Origin: Escherichia coli | GTDB taxonomy: Bacteria > Pseudomonadota > Gammaproteobacteria > Enterobacterales > Enterobacteriaceae | Assembly (NCBI RefSeq): GCF_024502345.1 | Contig: NZ_JALDNN010000001.1 | DNA length: 64,000 nucleotides | Strand: one strand, 5' to 3' | Part shown: one piece after another, positions 22,085-33,377 of the stretch | How the letters are laid out: each line of letters starts with the position of its first letter | Numbering within the stretch: the first letter of the stretch is position 1 | The notes under the pieces: generated by a model | Seen by the model: only the letters and a program-made list of their open reading frames with translations | Told to the model about the DNA's origin: nothing | Databases searched by the model: none | Program-made: the position numbers and the translations under genes

Positions 22085-23509
22085 ATGACCAAAAAACTCC
22101 ATATTAAAACCTGGGGCTGTCAGATGAACGAGTACGATTCATCGAAGATGGCCGATCTGCTGGATGCCACCCACGGCTATCAACTGACCGACGTGGCGGA
22201 AGAAGCGGATGTGCTGCTGCTGAACACCTGCTCAATCCGCGAGAAGGCTCAGGAAAAAGTCTTCCATCAGTTGGGTCGCTGGAAACTGTTAAAAGAGAAG
22301 AATCCAGACCTGATTATCGGCGTCGGTGGCTGCGTGGCATCGCAAGAAGGCGAGCACATTCGCCAGCGCGCCCACTATGTCGATATTATTTTTGGGCCGC
22401 AAACGCTGCACCGTCTGCCGGAGATGATCAACTCCGTGCGCGGCGACCGCAGCCCGGTTGTAGATATCAGCTTCCCGGAAATCGAGAAGTTTGACCGTCT
22501 GCCGGAACCGCGCGCCGAAGGGCCGACCGCGTTTGTCTCCATCATGGAAGGCTGCAATAAATATTGCACCTACTGCGTGGTGCCTTACACCCGTGGTGAA
22601 GAGGTAAGCCGTCCGTCCGACGATATTCTGTTTGAGATCGCCCAGCTTGCGGCTCAGGGCGTGCGTGAAGTCAACCTGCTCGGTCAGAATGTGAATGCCT
22701 GGCGTGGTGAGAACTACGACGGCACCACCGGATCGTTTGCCGATCTGTTGCGTCTGGTTGCTGCGATCGACGGGATCGATCGTATTCGCTTTACCACCAG
22801 CCATCCGATCGAATTCACCGACGATATCATCGAAGTGTATCGCGACACGCCGGAGCTGGTGAGCTTCCTGCATCTGCCGGTACAGAGCGGTTCCGATCGC
22901 ATTCTGAACCTGATGGGACGTACCCATACGGCGCTGGAGTACAAAGCGATCATCCGTAAACTGCGTGCGGCGCGTCCGGATATTCAGATCAGTTCTGACT
23001 TCATTGTTGGCTTCCCTGGCGAAACCACCGAAGACTTCGAGAAAACGATGAAGCTGATTGCCGACGTCAATTTCGACATGAGCTACAGCTTTATCTTCTC
23101 TGCACGTCCGGGTACACCAGCCGCCGATATGGTTGATGATGTTCCGGAAGAAGAGAAGAAGCAGCGTCTGTATATTCTGCAAGAGCGCATTAATCAGCAA
23201 GCGATGGCATGGAGCCGCCGGATGCTCGGCACCACCCAGCGTATTCTGGTAGAAGGGACTTCGCGTAAGAGCATCATGGAGCTTTCCGGGCGTACCGAAA
23301 ATAACCGCGTGGTCAACTTCGAGGGCACACCGGATATGATCGGTAAATTCGTCGATGTAGAAATTACCGACGTCTACCCGAACTCTCTGCGCGGTAAAGT
23401 GGTGCGTACTGAAGATGAAATGGGTCTGCGCGTGGCAGAAACACCGGAATCGGTGATTGCCCGTACCCGCAAAGAAAACGACCTTGGCGTGGGTTATTAT
23501 CAGCCGTAA
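22085..23509 (+). CDS. miaB: tRNA-i6A37 methylthiotransferase MiaB (radical SAM)
   Basis: 474 aa; CNKYCTYC radical-SAM cluster motif; C-terminal TRAM domain. Confidence 0.95.
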
Positions 23510-23661
23510 TTCTCAGGCCCGCCGTTCCGGTGGGCCTTGTTTTTTCTCTCTTTATCCCCATCTTTATCGCAATGCTTGCGCCTTTTTCCTGTGGCGTGAA
23601 TAATTTCCTTATAGGCCGGTGAATGTTCAGCTTCCGGCGGCATACAGATAAGAGGAACGGT

Positions 23662-24702
23662 TTGAACATAGACACTCGCGAAATCACCCTGGAGCCAGCA
23701 GACAACGCGCGTCTGTTGAGCCTGTGCGGCCCGTTTGATGACAACATCAAGCAGCTCGAACGCCGTCTCGGCATCGAGATCAATCGCCGCGACAACCACT
23801 TTAAACTGACCGGCCGTCCGATTTGCGTCACCGCTGCGGCAGACATTCTGCGTAGCCTGTATGTCGATACAGCCCCGATGCGCGGTCAGATTCAGGATAT
23901 CGAACCGGAACAGATCCACCTTGCGATTAAAGAAGCGCGAGTACTGGAGCAAAGTGCGGAGAGCGTGCCGGAGTACGGCAAAGCGGTCAATATCAAAACC
24001 AAACGCGGCGTAATTAAGCCGCGCACGCCAAACCAGGCGCAGTACATCGCCAATATTCTCGACCATGACATTACCTTCGGCGTTGGCCCGGCGGGTACGG
24101 GTAAAACCTACCTGGCAGTGGCTGCGGCAGTTGATGCCCTGGAGCGTCAGGAGATTCGCCGTATTCTGCTGACTCGTCCGGCGGTCGAAGCCGGTGAGAA
24201 ACTGGGCTTCCTGCCTGGCGATTTAAGCCAGAAAGTAGACCCGTATCTGCGCCCGCTGTACGACGCGCTGTTTGAAATGCTGGGCTTTGAGAAAGTTGAG
24301 AAACTGATTGAGCGCAACGTTATTGAAGTCGCGCCGCTGGCCTATATGCGTGGTCGTACGCTGAACGACGCGTTTATCATTCTCGATGAGAGCCAGAACA
24401 CCACCATCGAACAGATGAAGATGTTCCTGACCCGTATCGGTTTTAACTCAAAAGCGGTTATCACCGGCGACGTCACACAGATCGACCTGCCGCGTAATAC
24501 TAAATCAGGCTTACGTCACGCCATCGAAGTGCTGGCCGATGTCGAAGAGATCAGCTTTAACTTCTTCCACAGCGAAGACGTGGTTCGTCACCCTGTGGTG
24601 GCGCGTATCGTTAACGCCTATGAAGCCTGGGAAGAAGCAGAACAAAAACGTAAAGCGGCGCTGGCAGCAGAACGAAAGCGCGAAGAACAGGAACAAAAAT
24701 GA
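23662..24702 (+). CDS. ybeZ: PhoH-like ATPase YbeZ
   Basis: Walker A GPAGTGKT; probable TTG start at 23662 preceded by aggaa RBS (ORF track gives an alternative start at 23623); stop overlaps ybeY start. Confidence 0.85.
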
Positions 24703-25166
24703 GTCAGGTGATCCTCGATTTACAACTGGCATGTGAAGATAATTCCGGGTTACCGGAAGAGAGCCAGTTTCAGACATGGCTGAATGCGGTGATCCCGCAG
24801 TTTCAGGAAGAGTCGGAAGTGACGATTCGCGTGGTCGATACCGCCGAAAGCCACAGTCTGAATCTGACCTATCGCGGTAAGGATAAGCCGACCAACGTGC
24901 TCTCCTTCCCGTTTGAAGTGCCGCCTGGCATGGAAATGTCGCTACTGGGCGATCTGGTTATCTGCCGTCAGGTGGTTGAGAAGGAAGCTCAGGAGCAAGG
25001 CAAACCACTGGAGGCGCACTGGGCGCATATGGTGGTGCACGGCAGTCTGCATTTGTTAGGTTACGATCACATCGAAGATGACGAAGCAGAAGAAATGGAA
25101 GCCCTCGAAACAGAGATTATGCTTGCTCTGGGCTATGAGGATCCGTACATTGCCGAGAAAGAATAA
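24699..25166 (+). CDS. ybeY: Endoribonuclease YbeY (16S rRNA maturation)
   Basis: 155 aa; HGxLHLxGYDH zinc-binding motif. Confidence 0.95.
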
Positions 25167-25255
25167 TTTGCCAGGCATTTGACTGGCAGACGTCCCCGCC
25201 GTTGGTGATTAACGACGGCGTTTTGATTAACTAACATGAGAACCCATACGACGCC

Positions 25256-26134
25256 ATGAGCGACGACAATTCACACAGTAGTGACACGATAAGCAACAAG
25301 AAGGGATTTTTCTCCCTGTTACTCAGCCAACTTTTCCACGGTGAACCGAAAAACCGTGACGAACTGCTGGCGCTGATCCGTGATTCCGGGCAGAACGACC
25401 TTATCGACGAAGATACGCGCGATATGCTCGAAGGGGTGATGGACATCGCAGACCAACGCGTTCGCGACATCATGATCCCCCGCTCCCAGATGATTACCCT
25501 GAAACGCAACCAGACGCTGGACGAATGCCTTGATGTCATCATCGAGTCCGCCCACTCACGTTTCCCGGTGATTAGCGAAGACAAAGATCACATTGAAGGG
25601 ATTCTGATGGCGAAAGACTTGCTGCCGTTTATGCGCAGCGATGCTGAAGCCTTCAGCATGGACAAAGTGTTACGTCAGGCGGTTGTCGTTCCTGAAAGTA
25701 AGCGCGTAGACCGGATGCTGAAAGAGTTTCGCTCTCAGCGTTACCACATGGCGATCGTCATTGACGAATTCGGTGGGGTTTCCGGTCTGGTGACCATTGA
25801 AGACATCCTGGAACTGATTGTTGGTGAGATTGAAGACGAATATGACGAAGAAGATGATATCGACTTCCGTCAGCTGAGTCGTCATACCTGGACCGTGCGC
25901 GCGCTGGCTTCCATTGAAGACTTCAACGAAGCGTTCGGCACCCACTTTAGCGATGAAGAGGTCGACACTATCGGTGGTCTGGTGATGCAGGCGTTTGGGC
26001 ATCTTCCAGCGCGTGGTGAAACCATCGACATCGACGGTTACCAGTTCAAAGTGGCGATGGCCGACAGTCGGCGTATTATTCAGGTTCATGTCAAAATCCC
26101 GGATGACTCACCCCAGCCAAAGCTGGATGAATAA
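25256..26134 (+). CDS. corC: CorC/YbeX, CBS-domain magnesium/cobalt efflux-associated protein
   Basis: 292 aa; tandem CBS domains plus CorC_HlyC C-terminal domain. Confidence 0.9.
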   Translation: MSDDNSHSSDTISNKKGFFSLLLSQLFHGEPKNRDELLALIRDSGQNDLIDEDTRDMLEGVMDIADQRVRDIMIPRSQMITLKRNQTLDECLDVIIESAHSRFPVISEDKDHIEGILMAKDLLPFMRSDAEAFSMDKVLRQAVVVPESKRVDRMLKEFRSQRYHMAIVIDEFGGVSGLVTIEDILELIVGEIEDEYDEEDDIDFRQLSRHTWTVRALASIEDFNEAFGTHFSDEEVDTIGGLVMQAFGHLPARGETIDIDGYQFKVAMADSRRIIQVHVKIPDDSPQPKLDE

Positions 26135-26158
26135 AACCGAAACTGGATAGATAACTAC

Positions 26159-27697
26159 ATGGCTTTTGCCTCATTAATTGAACGCCAGCGCATTCGCCTG
26201 CTGCTGGCGTTATTATTCGGTGCCTGCGGAACGCTGGCCTTCTCTCCTTACGACGTCTGGCCTGCGGCGATTATTTCGCTGATGGGGCTTCAGGCGTTGA
26301 CCTTTAACCGTCGCCCACTCCAGTCTGCCGCTATTGGCTTTTGCTGGGGATTTGGCCTCTTTGGCAGCGGTATTAACTGGGTCTATGTCAGCATCGCGAC
26401 CTTTGGCGGGATGCCTGGCCCGGTTAACATCTTCCTGGTGGTGCTGCTGGCGGCGTATTTGTCGCTGTATACCGGACTGTTTGCTGGCGTGCTGTCGCGT
26501 CTGTGGCCGAAAACCACCTGGCTGCGCGTGGCGATTGCCGCCCCTTCTCTCTGGCAAGTGACCGAGTTTCTGCGCGGTTGGGTACTGACAGGCTTCCCGT
26601 GGTTACAGTTCGGCTATAGCCAGATTGATGGCCCGTTAAAAGGGCTGGCACCGATAATGGGCGTGGAAGCCATTAACTTCCTGCTGATGATGGTTAGTGG
26701 CCTGCTGGCACTGGCGTTGGTTAAACGCAACTGGCGTCCGCTGGTGGTGGCCGTCGTGCTGTTTGCCCTACCCTTCCCGCTGCGTTACATCCAATGGTTT
26801 ACCCCGCAACCGGAGAAAACCATTCAGGTTTCGATGGTTCAGGGCGATATTCCGCAATCACTGAAATGGGATGGAGATCAGCTTCTTAATACGCTGAAGA
26901 TTTACTACAACGCAACGGCTCCGCTGATGGGCAAATCATCGTTGATTATCTGGCCGGAGTCGGCGATAACCGATCTGGAAATTAATCAGCAACCGTTCCT
27001 CAAAGCACTGGACGGTGAGTTGCGCGATAAAGGTAGCTCGCTGGTAACCGGGATTGTCGACGCGCGTCTCAATAAGCAGAACCGCTACGATACCTACAAC
27101 ACCATCATCACACTGGGTAAAGGTGCACCGTACAGCTACGAATCAGCCGATCGCTATAACAAAAACCATCTGGTGCCGTTTGGCGAGTTTGTCCCGCTGG
27201 AGTCGATTCTGCGTCCGTTAGCACCGTTCTTTGATCTGCCGATGTCGTCGTTCAGCCGTGGGCCATATATCCAGCCGCCGCTGTCAGTAAATGGTATTGA
27301 GCTTACTGCGGCTATTTGCTACGAGATCATTCTCGGCGAGCAAGTGCGCGATAACTTCCGCCCGGATACCGACTATCTGCTGACTATCTCCAACGATGCG
27401 TGGTTTGGTAAATCTATTGGTCCATGGCAACACTTCCAGATGGCGCGAATGCGTGCGCTGGAGCTGGCGCGCCCACTGTTGCGCAGCACCAACAACGGCA
27501 TTACGGCGGTGATTGGCCCGCAGGGTGAGATTCAGGCGATGATCCCGCAGTTCACCCGCGAGGTGTTAACCACTAATGTGACACCGACCACCGGACTCAC
27601 ACCGTATGCACGTACCGGCAACTGGCCACTGTGGGTGCTGACGGCACTGTTTGGTTTTGCCGCTGTGTTGATGAGTCTGCGTCAGCGACGTAAATAA
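26159..27697 (+). CDS. lnt: Apolipoprotein N-acyltransferase
   Basis: 512 aa; N-terminal transmembrane segments followed by a CN-hydrolase domain. Confidence 0.95.
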   Translation: MAFASLIERQRIRLLLALLFGACGTLAFSPYDVWPAAIISLMGLQALTFNRRPLQSAAIGFCWGFGLFGSGINWVYVSIATFGGMPGPVNIFLVVLLAAYLSLYTGLFAGVLSRLWPKTTWLRVAIAAPSLWQVTEFLRGWVLTGFPWLQFGYSQIDGPLKGLAPIMGVEAINFLLMMVSGLLALALVKRNWRPLVVAVVLFALPFPLRYIQWFTPQPEKTIQVSMVQGDIPQSLKWDGDQLLNTLKIYYNATAPLMGKSSLIIWPESAITDLEINQQPFLKALDGELRDKGSSLVTGIVDARLNKQNRYDTYNTIITLGKGAPYSYESADRYNKNHLVPFGEFVPLESILRPLAPFFDLPMSSFSRGPYIQPPLSVNGIELTAAICYEIILGEQVRDNFRPDTDYLLTISNDAWFGKSIGPWQHFQMARMRALELARPLLRSTNNGITAVIGPQGEIQAMIPQFTREVLTTNVTPTTGLTPYARTGNWPLWVLTALFGFAAVLMSLRQRRK

Positions 27698-27796
27698 TCC
27701 CTTCTTAGCGTGCCGGAATACATCCCATATTTCGGCACGCTCACCGGATGCGGCATCAGTGCGTTATCCGGATAACAATATTCTCCTATCCAACTT

Positions 27797-27812
27797 TGGC
27801 ACATCTATTGCT
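27797..27812 (+). promoter_or_regulatory. Candidate sigma-54 (-24/-12) promoter upstream of gltI
   Basis: TGGCACatctaTTGCT, with GG and GC separated by 10 nt; from memory gltIJKL is nitrogen (NtrC) regulated. Confidence 0.45.
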
Positions 27813-28093
27813 TTGTTATACAAGGCAAAGCTTGAACCAGCATCAGTACAACCCGGTTGCACCACAGCAATCCACCGGTAGCACCAAAAGAGTGCATTTT
27901 AAGAATTTTGCTTCGGAATGGTGCGGCGCACCTCCCAAATATAAACAATAAAACAGCAATATCTTTACATTTAGCCAAACTAAATGTTACCTAACAGGTA
28001 CAACACTGCACAATAAAGTTGCAGATGATAACAACACAAACACTCACAACGGGTATCCATGCGTTCTTAACGCAGAAGATAAAGGAGTTGGAT

Positions 28094-29002
28094 ATGCAAT
28101 TACGTAAACCTGCCACAGCAATCCTGGCCCTGGCGCTTTCCGCAGGACTGGCACAGGCAGATGACGCAGCCCCGGCAGCGGGCAGTACGCTGGACAAAAT
28201 CGCCAAAAACGGTGTGATTGTCGTCGGTCACCGTGAATCTTCAGTACCTTTCTCTTATTACGACAATCAGCAAAAAGTGGTGGGTTACTCGCAGGATTAC
28301 TCCAACGCCATTGTTAAAGCAGTGAAAAAGAAACTCAACAAACCGGATTTGCAGGTAAAACTGATTCCGATTACCTCACAAAACCGTATTCCGCTGCTGC
28401 AAAACGGCACTTTTGATTTTGAATGTGGTTCTACCACCAACAACGTCGAACGCCAAAAACAGGCGGCTTTCTCTGACACTATTTTCGTGGTCGGTACGCG
28501 CCTGTTGACCAAAAAGGGTGGCGATATCAAAGACTTCGCCGATCTGAAAGGCAAAGCCGTAGTCGTCACTTCCGGCACTACCTCTGAAGTTTTGCTCAAC
28601 AAACTGAATGAAGAGCAAAAAATGAATATGCGAATTATCAGCGCCAAAGATCACGGTGACTCTTTCCGTACCCTGGAAAGCGGTCGTGCCGTTGCCTTTA
28701 TGATGGATGATGCTCTGCTGGCCGGTGAACGTGCGAAAGCGAAGAAACCAGACAACTGGGATATCGTCGGCAAGCCGCAGTCTCAGGAAGCCTATGGTTG
28801 CATGTTGCGTAAAGACGATCCGCAGTTCAAAAAGCTGATGGATGACACTATCGCTCAGGTGCAGACCTCCGGTGAAGCGGAAAAATGGTTTGATAAATGG
28901 TTCAAAAATCCCATTCCGCCGAAAAACCTGAACATGAATTTCGAACTGTCAGACGAAATGAAAGCACTGTTCAAAGAACCGAATGACAAAGCACTGAACT
29001 AA
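28094..29002 (+). CDS. gltI: Glutamate/aspartate ABC transporter periplasmic binding protein
   Basis: 302 aa from internal Met with aaggag RBS; signal peptide ...AGLAQA. Confidence 0.93.
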   Translation: MQLRKPATAILALALSAGLAQADDAAPAAGSTLDKIAKNGVIVVGHRESSVPFSYYDNQQKVVGYSQDYSNAIVKAVKKKLNKPDLQVKLIPITSQNRIPLLQNGTFDFECGSTTNNVERQKQAAFSDTIFVVGTRLLTKKGGDIKDFADLKGKAVVVTSGTTSEVLLNKLNEEQKMNMRIISAKDHGDSFRTLESGRAVAFMMDDALLAGERAKAKKPDNWDIVGKPQSQEAYGCMLRKDDPQFKKLMDDTIAQVQTSGEAEKWFDKWFKNPIPPKNLNMNFELSDEMKALFKEPNDKALN

Positions 29003-29004
29003 TT

Positions 29005-29152
29005 ACAAGAACCAGGGGCGGAAATTCTAGCCCTCTCGATTGTTACGTAGCACGGACAGACTATACGCCTGATGGTCGTTCCCCATCGGGCCTGAAAACC
29101 GCAATACGCTGGGTAACAATCTTCGAGGGTAGCAGTTAACGCTGCTACCCTC
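29005..29152 (+). ncRNA. sroC: SroC sRNA (gltI-gltJ intergenic, processed from the gltIJKL transcript; GcvB sponge)
   Basis: Position matches the known sroC locus; ends in hairpin ggtagcagc-gttaacgctgctaccc plus T-run (29117-29152); boundaries approximate. Confidence 0.6.
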
Positions 29153-29171
29153 TTTTTTCTGGAGTAGATTT

Positions 29172-29912
29172 ATGTCTATAGACTGGAACTGGGGTATTTT
29201 TTTACAACAAGCCCCGTTCGGCAACACCACCTATCTTGGTTGGATCTGGAGTGGTTTTCAGGTGACGATCGCTTTGTCGATCTGCGCCTGGATTATCGCT
29301 TTCCTCGTCGGTTCATTTTTCGGCATTTTACGTACCGTTCCAAACCGTTTTCTCTCCGGTCTGGGTACGTTGTATGTCGAACTGTTCCGCAACGTGCCGT
29401 TGATTGTGCAATTCTTTACCTGGTATCTGGTGATCCCGGAGCTGTTGCCGGAGAAAATCGGCATGTGGTTTAAGGCCGAGCTGGATCCCAATATTCAGTT
29501 TTTCCTTTCATCCATGCTCTGCCTTGGGCTGTTTACCGCCGCCCGTGTTTGCGAACAGGTACGCGCCGCTATTCAGTCGCTGCCGCGTGGGCAGAAGAAT
29601 GCCGCGCTGGCGATGGGTCTGACGCTACCGCAGGCTTACCGCTACGTACTGCTGCCTAATGCTTATCGCGTTATCGTCCCGCCGATGACCTCAGAGATGA
29701 TGAACCTGGTGAAAAACTCCGCCATCGCCTCGACCATCGGTCTGGTAGATATGGCAGCGCAGGCGGGTAAATTGCTCGACTACTCGGCTCACGCCTGGGA
29801 GTCGTTTACCGCCATTACGCTGGCGTATGTATTGATTAACGCTTTTATCATGCTGGTGATGACGCTGGTTGAACGTAAAGTTCGCCTGCCCGGCAACATG
29901 GGGGGCAAATAA
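29172..29912 (+). CDS. gltJ: Glutamate/aspartate ABC transporter permease
   Basis: 246 aa; polytopic membrane protein. Confidence 0.93.
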
Positions 29913-30586
29913 TGTACGAGTTTGACTGGAGTTCCATTGTTCCTTCCCTGCCATATCTGCTCGACGGGCTGGTGATCACCCTGAAAATCACCGTCACGGC
30001 AGTCGTGATTGGTATTTTGTGGGGCACCATGCTGGCGGTGATGCGCTTGTCCAGCTTTGCGCCCGTAGCGTGGTTTGCCAAAGCCTACGTTAACGTATTC
30101 CGCTCGATTCCTTTAGTTATGGTTTTGCTGTGGTTTTACCTGATCGTGCCGGGTTTTCTGCAAAACGTGCTGGGATTATCGCCAAAAAATGATATCCGTT
30201 TAATTTCGGCGATGGTGGCGTTTTCGATGTTTGAAGCGGCCTACTATTCAGAGATTATCCGTGCCGGTATTCAAAGTATTTCTCGTGGTCAGTCGAGCGC
30301 CGCTCTGGCGTTGGGAATGACTCACTGGCAGTCGATGAAACTGATTATTCTGCCGCAGGCGTTCCGCGCGATGGTGCCGCTGCTGCTCACTCAGGGCATC
30401 GTACTGTTCCAGGATACCTCACTGGTGTATGTGTTATCTCTGGCCGATTTCTTCCGTACCGCCTCAACTATTGGTGAGCGTGATGGTACGCAGGTTGAGA
30501 TGATCCTGTTTGCCGGATTTGTTTATTTCGTTATTAGCCTTAGCGCGTCGTTGTTGGTCAGCTACTTGAAAAGAAGGACAGCATAA
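29912..30586 (+). CDS. gltK: Glutamate/aspartate ABC transporter permease
   Basis: 224 aa; start overlaps gltJ stop by 1 nt. Confidence 0.93.
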
Positions 30587-31311
30587 TGATTACCCTGAAA
30601 AATGTTTCAAAATGGTATGGTCACTTTCAGGTGCTGACCGACTGCTCAACCGAAGTGAAAAAAGGCGAAGTGGTGGTGGTTTGCGGCCCGTCTGGTTCCG
30701 GCAAATCAACGCTGATTAAAACCGTCAACGGCCTCGAACCAGTGCAGCAAGGTGAAATCACCGTCGATGGTATCGTGGTTAACGACAAGAAAACCGATCT
30801 GGCAAAGCTGCGTTCCCGCGTCGGGATGGTATTCCAGCATTTTGAGCTGTTCCCTCATCTGTCGATTATCGAAAACCTGACCCTGGCGCAGGTGAAAGTG
30901 CTTAAACGCGATAAAGCGCCGGCTCGTGAAAAAGCATTGAAATTGCTGGAGCGCGTGGGACTTTCCGCACATGCCAATAAATTTCCGGCGCAGCTTTCCG
31001 GCGGTCAGCAGCAGCGTGTGGCGATCGCTCGCGCATTGTGTATGGATCCTATTGCCATGCTGTTTGACGAACCGACATCGGCGCTGGATCCGGAGATGAT
31101 CAACGAAGTGCTGGACGTAATGGTCGAACTGGCGAACGAAGGAATGACCATGATGGTGGTGACCCACGAAATGGGCTTTGCCCGCAAAGTGGCGAATCGG
31201 GTGATCTTTATGGATGAGGGTAAAATTGTTGAAGACTCGCCGAAAGATGCGTTCTTCGATGATCCGAAATCGGACCGCGCAAAAGACTTCCTCGCGAAAA
31301 TCCTGCATTAA
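30586..31311 (+). CDS. gltL: Glutamate/aspartate ABC transporter ATP-binding protein
   Basis: 241 aa; Walker [13 protein letters not shown] signature LSGGQQQR, Walker [11 protein letters not shown]. Confidence 0.95.
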   Translation: MITLKNVSKWYGHFQVLTDCSTEVKKGEVVVVCGPSGSGKSTLIKTVNGLEPVQQGEITVDGIVVNDKKTDLAKLRSRVGMVFQHFELFPHLSIIENLTLAQVKVLKRDKAPAREKALKLLERVGLSAHANKFPAQLSGGQQQRVAIARALCMDPIAMLFDEPTSALDPEMINEVLDVMVELANEGMTMMVVTHEMGFARKVANRVIFMDEGKIVEDSPKDAFFDDPKSDRAKDFLAKILH

Positions 31312-31428
31312 TCACTCTGGCGCGCATACCCAATTGCGCGCCATCTCACGCTTTATCGTTTCGCCCCTCGTATCTGTTACATCCTGGCGTTACCCTTGTC
31401 GCAAAGAAGCACACAACAAGGAGCAACA

Positions 31429-32364
31429 ATGGCACTGCCAATTCTGTTAGATTGCGACCCAGGTCATGACGACGCTATCGCAATAGTTCTCGCCCTCGCC
31501 TCACCAGAGCTTGATGTCAAAGCAATTACGTCTTCCGCCGGAAACCAGACACCAGAAAAAACCTTACGCAATGTTCTGCGTATGCTGACCTTGCTTAATC
31601 GCACCGATATTCCGGTGGCAGGCGGCGCGGTAAAACCGTTAATGCGTGAGTTAATTATCGCGGACAATGTGCACGGCGAAAGCGGTCTCGACGGCCCGGC
31701 ATTACCGGAACCGGCGTTCGCACCGCAAAACTGTACGGCGGTAGAGCTAATGGCGAAAACGCTGCGTGAAAGTGCGGAACCTGTCACGATTGTGTCTACC
31801 GGACCGCAAACTAACGTTGCCTTGCTGCTCAATAGCCATCCGGAACTGCATAGCAAAATTGCCCGTATCGTGATTATGGGTGGCGCTATGGGGCTGGGTA
31901 ACTGGACGCCTGCGGCTGAATTTAATATTTACGTTGACCCGGAAGCGGCAGAAATTGTCTTCCAGTCAGGGATCCCGGTGGTGATGGCCGGTCTGGATGT
32001 TACTCACAAAGCACAAATCCACGTTGAAGACACCGAGCGTTTCCGCGCGATTGGCAACCCTGTTTCAACCATTGTTGCCGAACTGCTGGATTTCTTCCTC
32101 GAATATCATAAAGACGAAAAATGGGGCTTTGTCGGCGCACCGCTGCATGACCCATGCACCATCGCCTGGCTGTTGAAACCGGAGTTGTTTACCACTGTTG
32201 AGCGCTGGGTTGGCGTGGAAACACAAGGGAAATATACCCAGGGTATGACGGTTGTTGATTATTATTATCTGACCGGCAATAAACCGAATGCCATTGTAAT
32301 GGTCGATGTTGATCGTCAGGGCTTTGTTGATTTACTGGCTGATCGTCTGAAATTTTACGCTTAA
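31429..32364 (+). CDS. rihA: Pyrimidine-specific ribonucleoside hydrolase RihA
   Basis: 311 aa from internal Met; DCDPGHDDA nucleoside-hydrolase motif. Confidence 0.93.
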   Translation: MALPILLDCDPGHDDAIAIVLALASPELDVKAITSSAGNQTPEKTLRNVLRMLTLLNRTDIPVAGGAVKPLMRELIIADNVHGESGLDGPALPEPAFAPQNCTAVELMAKTLRESAEPVTIVSTGPQTNVALLLNSHPELHSKIARIVIMGGAMGLGNWTPAAEFNIYVDPEAAEIVFQSGIPVVMAGLDVTHKAQIHVEDTERFRAIGNPVSTIVAELLDFFLEYHKDEKWGFVGAPLHDPCTIAWLLKPELFTTVERWVGVETQGKYTQGMTVVDYYYLTGNKPNAIVMVDVDRQGFVDLLADRLKFYA

Positions 32365-32379
32365 CATTTATCAGTAATT

Positions 32380-32412
32380 AAAATCACCACCTTAAAATGT
32401 GGTGATTTTTTC
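32380..32412. terminator. Bidirectional intrinsic terminator between rihA and the downstream convergent small ORF
   Basis: aaaatcaccac-cttaaaat-gtggtgatttttt; U-run available on both strands. Confidence 0.75.
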
Positions 32413-32426
32413 CATATTCATTAATA

Positions 32427-32816
32427 TCAATCAACTGTGACTTTTTTCCCAAAATCCTCTTCTGCAATCCAGGTTAAAAACGATGTATCGGCGCCACCTA
32501 ATTTAACAACGCGATCATATAACATCATAACACCAAAATCATGTTCGATATCCCAGGAGCATGAGAACTCGAAACCAATATAAGGCTGGCCATTATTATG
32601 CACCGATAAAATATGTATCGCTAATGGTGATAACAACTTTGAAAAATCCTCTTGAGTTCCAACATCTGGCATATACAACTCTTTTTCTTCCTCGTCATAG
32701 TCATATTGCCCTTGTAAATCAGGATATTTTTTCATAAGTTCCGAAAGAATGGATGCCAAAATTTCAGATTGATGAACAATAATATACTGTAACCCAGTCT
32801 TATGGCATTCGCTCAT
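32427..32816 (-). CDS. Hypothetical acidic protein (129 aa), function unknown
   Basis: Intact ORF in an AT-rich island; by my count 23 acidic versus 9 basic residues; no signal peptide or TM segment; no motif I recognise. Confidence 0.6.
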   Translation of the reverse strand: MSECHKTGLQYIIVHQSEILASILSELMKKYPDLQGQYDYDEEEKELYMPDVGTQEDFSKLLSPLAIHILSVHNNGQPYIGFEFSCSWDIEHDFGVMMLYDRVVKLGGADTSFLTWIAEEDFGKKVTVD

Positions 32817-32855
32817 ACATGAAGTTGGATCATCGCCACCAAGGCTGTAGTATAA

Positions 32856-33377
32856 TTATTCAGCCTCATCACCGAAAAAACTCACCCAGGATGATAAGAC
32901 TATTGGTTCACAGACTCGGTCATCCTCATACTCTGGTTCCGACAATATTTTAGGTTCATCAAGATGACGGTTAAAAAACTCCATACATGCACGGTTACGG
33001 GTAAAGATATATTCTTTATTTTCATCATAACTACGTTGAAAATAGTTAAGCGCATCATCCTCTGCTCCACACGCATAAAGGCACTCACCGCGATAGTAAT
33101 TAACAATATAGTATTCATTTATTTTTCTGTTGACATGGTTATCACCTATAGTTAGCCAACGCTTAACATTTTCAATGTCTTTTAACTTAATATATTCATT
33201 CACCATCCTGCCAATAATGATATTGGCATCATGTATTTTATATTTTTCCTCATCCATGATGCTCCACTGACATTCAATAAATTCAATAATATCCGTTGAT
33301 GTAATATTGCTATTTTTGAGCATCGAGCGGTCCAGAAAACTATAAATCTCTGCTACTTTCTCTAACGCATTTGACAT
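32856..33377 (-). CDS. Hypothetical acidic protein (173 aa), function unknown
   Basis: Intact ORF with aagaggga RBS before ATG; by my count ~34 acidic versus ~20 basic residues; five Cys; no motif I recognise; 39-bp gap to the downstream ORF suggests an operon. Confidence 0.6.
   Translation of the reverse strand: MSNALEKVAEIYSFLDRSMLKNSNITSTDIIEFIECQWSIMDEEKYKIHDANIIIGRMVNEYIKLKDIENVKRWLTIGDNHVNRKINEYYIVNYYRGECLYACGAEDDALNYFQRSYDENKEYIFTRNRACMEFFNRHLDEPKILSEPEYEDDRVCEPIVLSSWVSFFGDEAE

Noticed and set aside
27707-27741. Inverted repeat after lnt as an intrinsic terminator
   Set aside because: It has a 9-bp stem (agcgtgccg/cggcacgct) but a 17-nt loop and no following U-run; it is more likely part of the adjacent REP-like sequence.
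32427-33377. The two island ORFs as remnants of the K-12 ybeQ/ybeR/ybeT/ybeU genes
   Set aside because: Sizes (129 and 173 aa) and sequences do not resemble what I recall of the Sel1-repeat or DUF1266 proteins of that island, and both ORFs are intact with their own signals. I cannot exclude distant homology without a search.
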